Below, one piece after another: positions 60,273 to 64,000 of a DNA stretch of 64,000 nt; the stretch's first letter is position 1, and every line of letters starts with the position of its first letter. The notes below the pieces were generated by a model that made no database searches, had not been told where the DNA came from, and was given only the letters and a program-made list of their open reading frames with translations. Source of the stretch: Anaerolineales bacterium (GTDB lineage Bacteria; Chloroflexota; Anaerolineae; Anaerolineales; UBA11579); NCBI GenBank assembly GCA_019454165.1, contig CP075367.1, positions 1,278,805-1,342,804 of the forward strand, read 5' to 3'. Position numbers and translations under genes: made by a program.

Positions 60273-60766
60273 TCTCGTTGGCGGCGCTGCTGTGGATGCT
60301 GGTGGCCATGTTCGCCCTCATGGGGCTCATGCGAGGCTTCGGCAAGGAAGTGCTCGTCACCGTCTCGCTGATCCTGGCCGTGTTCATCATCGCCGTGGTG
60401 CTGCCCATCTTCCCCATCCAGGGCGGCAGTGACGTCCAGTTCATGGTGCGCGGCGGCATTGTGGTCGCCTGCGCCGTGGCCGGCTACCAGAGCCAGCGCC
60501 TGCAGCGCATCTCGGATGCGCTCACCAAGGCCCGCTGGCGCAACGGCCTGCTCGGCATGCTGCTGGGCGGCGTCAATGGCTATATGCTGGTCGGCTCACT
60601 GCTGTATTACCTGCACCAGTTCAACTATCCCTTTGATTTCCTCTCCGCCCCCGGGCCGGAGCTTACCAATCTGCTGCAGTACATGCTGCCGCAGTGGTTG
60701 GTGGGCGTATGGGTCTCGGTGGCGATGGCCCTGGCCCTCTTGATGATCTTGGTGTTGTTCGTATGA
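60269..60766 (+). CDS. CvpA-like small integral membrane protein inserted in the dcw cluster
   Basis: 165 aa with a GTG start overlapping the murG stop. The N-terminus LMGLMRGFGKEVLVTVSLILAVFI resembles the CvpA family (G.RGF.KE) as I recall it. It has 4 TM segments. Confidence 0.6.
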   Translation: MISLAALLWMLVAMFALMGLMRGFGKEVLVTVSLILAVFIIAVVLPIFPIQGGSDVQFMVRGGIVVACAVAGYQSQRLQRISDALTKARWRNGLLGMLLGGVNGYMLVGSLLYYLHQFNYPFDFLSAPGPELTNLLQYMLPQWLVGVWVSVAMALALLMILVLFV

Positions 60767-62142
60767 GCGAGAGCACGCATTTCATCGGCATCGGCGGCAC
60801 CGGTTTGTCCGCCATTGCGCGCGTCCTGCTGGAGCGCGGCGAGCACATCAGCGGCTCCGACCGTGAGGCGTCGCCGCTGGGCGAGCTGCTCAGCCAGGCC
60901 GGCGTCAAAGTCAGCATCGGCCACGCAGCCGCCAACATCAACGGCGCCACCCGCGTTGTGCGCTCCTCCGCCGTGGGGGAGGACAACGTCGAGGTCCAGG
61001 CCGCGCGTGCCAAGGGCATCCCGGTCTACAAGCGCTCCGAGTTCCTGGAGCAGTTGCTGGCTGACCAGCAGGTGATCGCCGTGGCCGGCTCGCACGGCAA
61101 GACCACCACCACCGCCATGCTGGCCTGGCTGCTCAGCGCCCTCAACCAGCGGCCCGGCTACATCATCGGCAGCCTGGCCGCCAACCTGGGCGCCAATGCC
61201 GCCGCCGGTGGCGGGCGCCTCTTCGTCATCGAGGCCGACGAATACGACTACATGTTCCTCGGCTTGCGCCCGCGCTACGCGCTGGTCACCAACGTCGAGC
61301 ACGACCATCCGGATATGTTCGCCACCCCGGCTGATTTCCAGGCCGCCTTCGAGCGCTTCGTTGACCGCCTCCAGCCGGCGGGCGAGCTGATCGCCTGCGC
61401 CGATGACCCCGGCGCGGCCGCTCTGCTGGCCTACGCTGCTGAGCGCGGCCACAAAATCAGCAGCTATGCGCATAGCCACGAAGGTGCCGACTATCGCATG
61501 GAAATTGTTTCCACAGAGGGCGAGGGCTACACCTTCACCGCCCACCACGGCGCGCAGCCGCTGGCCCGCGTCCAGCTGCAAGTGCCCGGCCTGCACAATG
61601 CGCTCAACGCCCTCGGCGCGCTGGCCGTGGCCCACAAGCTGGGCCTGAACCTCCACGAGGCCGCCCTGGCCCTGGCGGATTTCCGCGGCACCAGCCGCCG
61701 CTTTGAAGTGCGCGGCCAAGCCGCCGGCGTGACCGTCGTGGATGACTATGCCCACCATCCCAGCGAGATCCGCACCACGCTCGCCGCCGCCCGCGCCCGC
61801 TACGCCGGCCGCCGCGTCGTGGCCGTGTGGCAGCCGCACACCTACAGCCGCACGAACACCCTGGCGGCCGACTACGCTACCGCCTTCGCCGACGCCGATC
61901 GCCTGCTGGTGCTCGATGTATACGCCGCCCGCGAAGACCGCCCGGCCGGCTTCGCGCTGGAGCAGCTCGTAGCAAATATCCCGCATGCCGCGTTCACCCC
62001 CACGTTTGCGCAGGCCCAGCAAGCCCTCCTGGCTGAGCTGGCCGCCGGCGACGTGCTGGTGGTGATGAGCGCCGGCGATGCCACTCAACTAAGCGCCGCG
62101 GTCTTTGCCGGCCTGCAAGACAAGGAGAGCAAACATGCTTGA
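60763..62142 (+). CDS. murC: UDP-N-acetylmuramate--L-alanine ligase
   Basis: 459 aa from the ATG at 60763, with HFIGIGGTGLSAIARVL, VAGSHGKTTTTAM and DDYAHHPSEI. The track ORF begins spuriously at 60694. Confidence 0.96.
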   Translation: MSESTHFIGIGGTGLSAIARVLLERGEHISGSDREASPLGELLSQAGVKVSIGHAAANINGATRVVRSSAVGEDNVEVQAARAKGIPVYKRSEFLEQLLADQQVIAVAGSHGKTTTTAMLAWLLSALNQRPGYIIGSLAANLGANAAAGGGRLFVIEADEYDYMFLGLRPRYALVTNVEHDHPDMFATPADFQAAFERFVDRLQPAGELIACADDPGAAALLAYAAERGHKISSYAHSHEGADYRMEIVSTEGEGYTFTAHHGAQPLARVQLQVPGLHNALNALGALAVAHKLGLNLHEAALALADFRGTSRRFEVRGQAAGVTVVDDYAHHPSEIRTTLAAARARYAGRRVVAVWQPHTYSRTNTLAADYATAFADADRLLVLDVYAAREDRPAGFALEQLVANIPHAAFTPTFAQAQQALLAELAAGDVLVVMSAGDATQLSAAVFAGLQDKESKHA

Positions 62143-62311
62143 GCAAAAAGAGAAGAAGGTCATGCCTTTCATCGTCGCCTACGGTGAGGAGTACGACCTG
62201 ACCAAGATCAAGGTGGCCCCTGCGCCCAAACGGCCCGGCAGCCACGTCACCAAGGATGAAGCCACGCGTGAGGTGCTTAACCGCATCGTCACCCGCCTCA
62301 AGAAGATCTGA
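62135..62311 (+). CDS. Small 58-aa hypothetical protein between murC and murB
   Basis: The ATG at 62135 lies 6 nt after AAGGAGAG. The ORF overlaps the murC stop by 8 nt, and its own stop overlaps the murB ATG (TGATG). It has no similarity that I recognise. Confidence 0.5.
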   Translation: MLEQKEKKVMPFIVAYGEEYDLTKIKVAPAPKRPGSHVTKDEATREVLNRIVTRLKKI

Positions 62312-63240
62312 TGCACGTGAGCGAGCGCACACTCCCTATCGCCGCACTCCAAGCGGCCTTTGGTGACCGCCTCCGGCTTGATGAGCCGGTGGGGCGGCTC
62401 ACCTCTGCGCGCATCGGCGGCAACGCCGATGCGCTGGTCGGCGTGCGCTCGGCGGATGAGCTGGCTCAGACCGTCCAAACCCTCTGGCAGCTGGAGCTGC
62501 CGTACTTGGTCATGGGCGGCGGCTCTAACATGCTCGTCAGCGATGCTGGAGTCCGCCAGGTGGTGGTGCTCAACCAGGCCAACAAGGTCGAGTTCCACGA
62601 GAGCGCCGTCTGGGCCGAATCCGGCGCAGGGCTTGGCTCCCTGGCCCGCCAGGCGGCCCGCAAGGGCCTGGGCGGGCTGGAGTGGGCCGCCGGGGTGCCC
62701 GGCAGCCTGGGCGGCGCGGTGGCCGGCAACGCCGGCGCCCACGGCGGCGACATCGCCGGCTGCCTGCAGCTGGCAACAATCTTGCATCATGAGAAGGGCC
62801 GCCAGGACTGGACTCTGGCGGATTTGGGTTTTGCCTACCGCGAAAGCTGGCTGAAGCGCAATCCCGGCCAGGCCGTCGTGCTCAGCGCCCAGTTGGCGCT
62901 GACCCCCCGGCCCGAGGCCGAGATCCGCGCCGAGATGGATACCTTCCAGGCCTACCGCCGGCTGACCCAGCCGCCAGGCGCCAGCATGGGCTCCATGTTC
63001 AAGAACCCGGCCGGCAACAGCGCTGGGCGGCTGATCGAGCAGGCTGGCCTGAAGGGCAAGCGCATCGGCAACGCCCAGATCAGCCCGCTGCACGGGAATT
63101 TCTTCCTCAACTTGGGGGAGGCGCGTGCAGCCGATGTATTTGCACTTATTCAGGAAGCACGCCAGGCGGTCCTCAAGACCGCTGGCATCGAGTTGGAGTT
63201 GGAAGTACAGCTGGTGGGTGAATGGCCCCAGCAAGACTAG
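62311..63240 (+). CDS. murB: UDP-N-acetylenolpyruvoylglucosamine reductase
   Basis: 309 aa with an FAD-binding domain (GGGSNMLVSD, GVPGSLGGAVAGNAGAHG) and the SMGSMFKNP motif. Confidence 0.95.
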   Translation: MHVSERTLPIAALQAAFGDRLRLDEPVGRLTSARIGGNADALVGVRSADELAQTVQTLWQLELPYLVMGGGSNMLVSDAGVRQVVVLNQANKVEFHESAVWAESGAGLGSLARQAARKGLGGLEWAAGVPGSLGGAVAGNAGAHGGDIAGCLQLATILHHEKGRQDWTLADLGFAYRESWLKRNPGQAVVLSAQLALTPRPEAEIRAEMDTFQAYRRLTQPPGASMGSMFKNPAGNSAGRLIEQAGLKGKRIGNAQISPLHGNFFLNLGEARAADVFALIQEARQAVLKTAGIELELEVQLVGEWPQQD

Positions 63241-63245
63241 GAAAC

Positions 63246-64000
63246 ATGGCAGAGACTAAGATCAACATCGCAGTTATTTTCGGCGGCCGCTCCGGCGAGC
63301 ACGCCGTTTCGCTCATGTCAGCCAAGTTCGTGCTGCAGATGTTGAACCCTACCCGCTACCAGGTCATCCAGATCGGCATCACGCGTGACGGCGCATGGTA
63401 CGCCGGCGACGGCGTGCTGGCCGCCCTGGAGGCCGAAGACGTCAGCGGCCTGCAAGCTGCCACCTTACTGGCCGACCCGACCCGCGCGGGCATCAAGAGC
63501 ATCTTCGCCACCGAAGGTGGCGAGATGCTAAAGGCCCTGGCGGATGTAGACGTGGTCTTCCCCGTGCTGCACGGCACCTACGGCGAGGACGGCACGCTGC
63601 AAGGCCTGCTGGAGATGGCCGGCGTCGCCTATGTTGGCGCGGGCGTGCTCGGCTCCTCAGTGGGGATGGACAAAGCCCTCTTCGCCGACGTGATGAAAGC
63701 CAACAACATTCCTGTCGCAGACAGCGTGCTGCTGCTGCGCAGCGAGATCCAGAACGACACCGAAGCCGCCATCGCCAAGGCTGAGGCGGTCAGCAGCTAT
63801 CCGCTGTTCATCAAGCCCGCCAACCTCGGCTCCTCGGTCGGCGTCAGCAAGGCCACCAGCCGCGCCGACCTGCTTGAGGCGCTGATGTACGCCGCTCAGT
63901 ATGACCGCCGCATCGTCGTGCAGCGCGGCTACAACGCCCGTGAGATCGAGGTCAGTGTGCTCGGCAACGACCAGCCCCAGGCTTCGGTCTGCGGTGAGGT
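63246..64000 (+). CDS. ddl: D-alanine--D-alanine ligase, N-terminal ~251 codons (3' end lies outside the window)
   Basis: Not in the ORF track because no stop codon falls before the window end. The ATG at 63246 gives MAETKINIAVIFGGRSGEHAVSLMSA..., VVFPVLHGTYGEDGTLQGLLE and PLFIKPANLGSSVG. Confidence 0.93.
   Translation, partial: MAETKINIAVIFGGRSGEHAVSLMSAKFVLQMLNPTRYQVIQIGITRDGAWYAGDGVLAALEAEDVSGLQAATLLADPTRAGIKSIFATEGGEMLKALADVDVVFPVLHGTYGEDGTLQGLLEMAGVAYVGAGVLGSSVGMDKALFADVMKANNIPVADSVLLLRSEIQNDTEAAIAKAEAVSSYPLFIKPANLGSSVGVSKATSRADLLEALMYAAQYDRRIVVQRGYNAREIEVSVLGNDQPQASVCGE

Overview
This 64-kb window is high-GC bacterial chromosome, judged by eye and by a few hand counts at roughly 60-70% G+C. 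Most of it is core housekeeping DNA. The gene content and order are: RNase Y next to recA-recX, a zinc-type S14, fused str/S10/spc/alpha ribosomal operons, and rpoB standing alone. This makes me suspect a Chloroflexota (Anaerolineae-like) or similarly deep Gram-positive-type lineage, but I cannot verify the taxon.

Layout:
- 1-1972: PTS module (EIIC tail, EIIA, GntR regulator, HPr).
- 2044-2398 (-): RNase P RNA, which the ORF track cannot show.
- 2582-6514: monocistronic rpoB with a consensus promoter and no rpoC after it.
- 6540-7021: a densely structured ~500-nt non-coding region.
- 7022-27873: rpsL-rpsG-fusA-tuf-rpsJ, then the S10/spc/alpha ribosomal protein genes, secY, adk, map, rpmJ (37 aa, missing from the track), rpoA, rplQ, truA and rplM-rpsI.
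- 28-40 kb: accessory stretch. It holds a MazG-like gene and a six-gene minus-strand cluster (ArsR, SRPBCC, two DUF1801 genes, a class-II UvrA paralog, and a low-GC orphan ORF). It also holds a lipoprotein, a tightly coupled tnaA-like/DUF1684/HD-hydrolase/LRR operon, MBL and DinB genes, and a small membrane protein.
- 40-46 kb: rny, recX, recA and maeB.
- 46-50 kb: LMW phosphatase, fructosamine-kinase-like, GNAT-fusion and polysaccharide deacetylase genes.
- 50.3-64 kb: a dcw cluster (mraZ to ddl) with MraZ operator repeats, no murE, and two extra small genes.

Intergenic regions carry a dispersed palindromic repeat family (GTCATYCYGAGCGAAGCGAGGAATCC-like), a repeated GGGCGGGTCTCAGACCCGCCC hairpin, and phased heptamer repeats.

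The most promising candidate for something new is the ~0.5-kb low-GC cassette at 29165-29690. It encodes an orphan protein with an ADP-ribosyltransferase-like motif pattern and sits directly on the 3' end of the UvrA paralog. The second candidate is the tnaA-like/DUF1684/HD/LRR operon. I saw no CRISPR array, tRNA, rRNA, transposase or integrase. The many long antisense ORFs in the track are GC-driven shadow ORFs.
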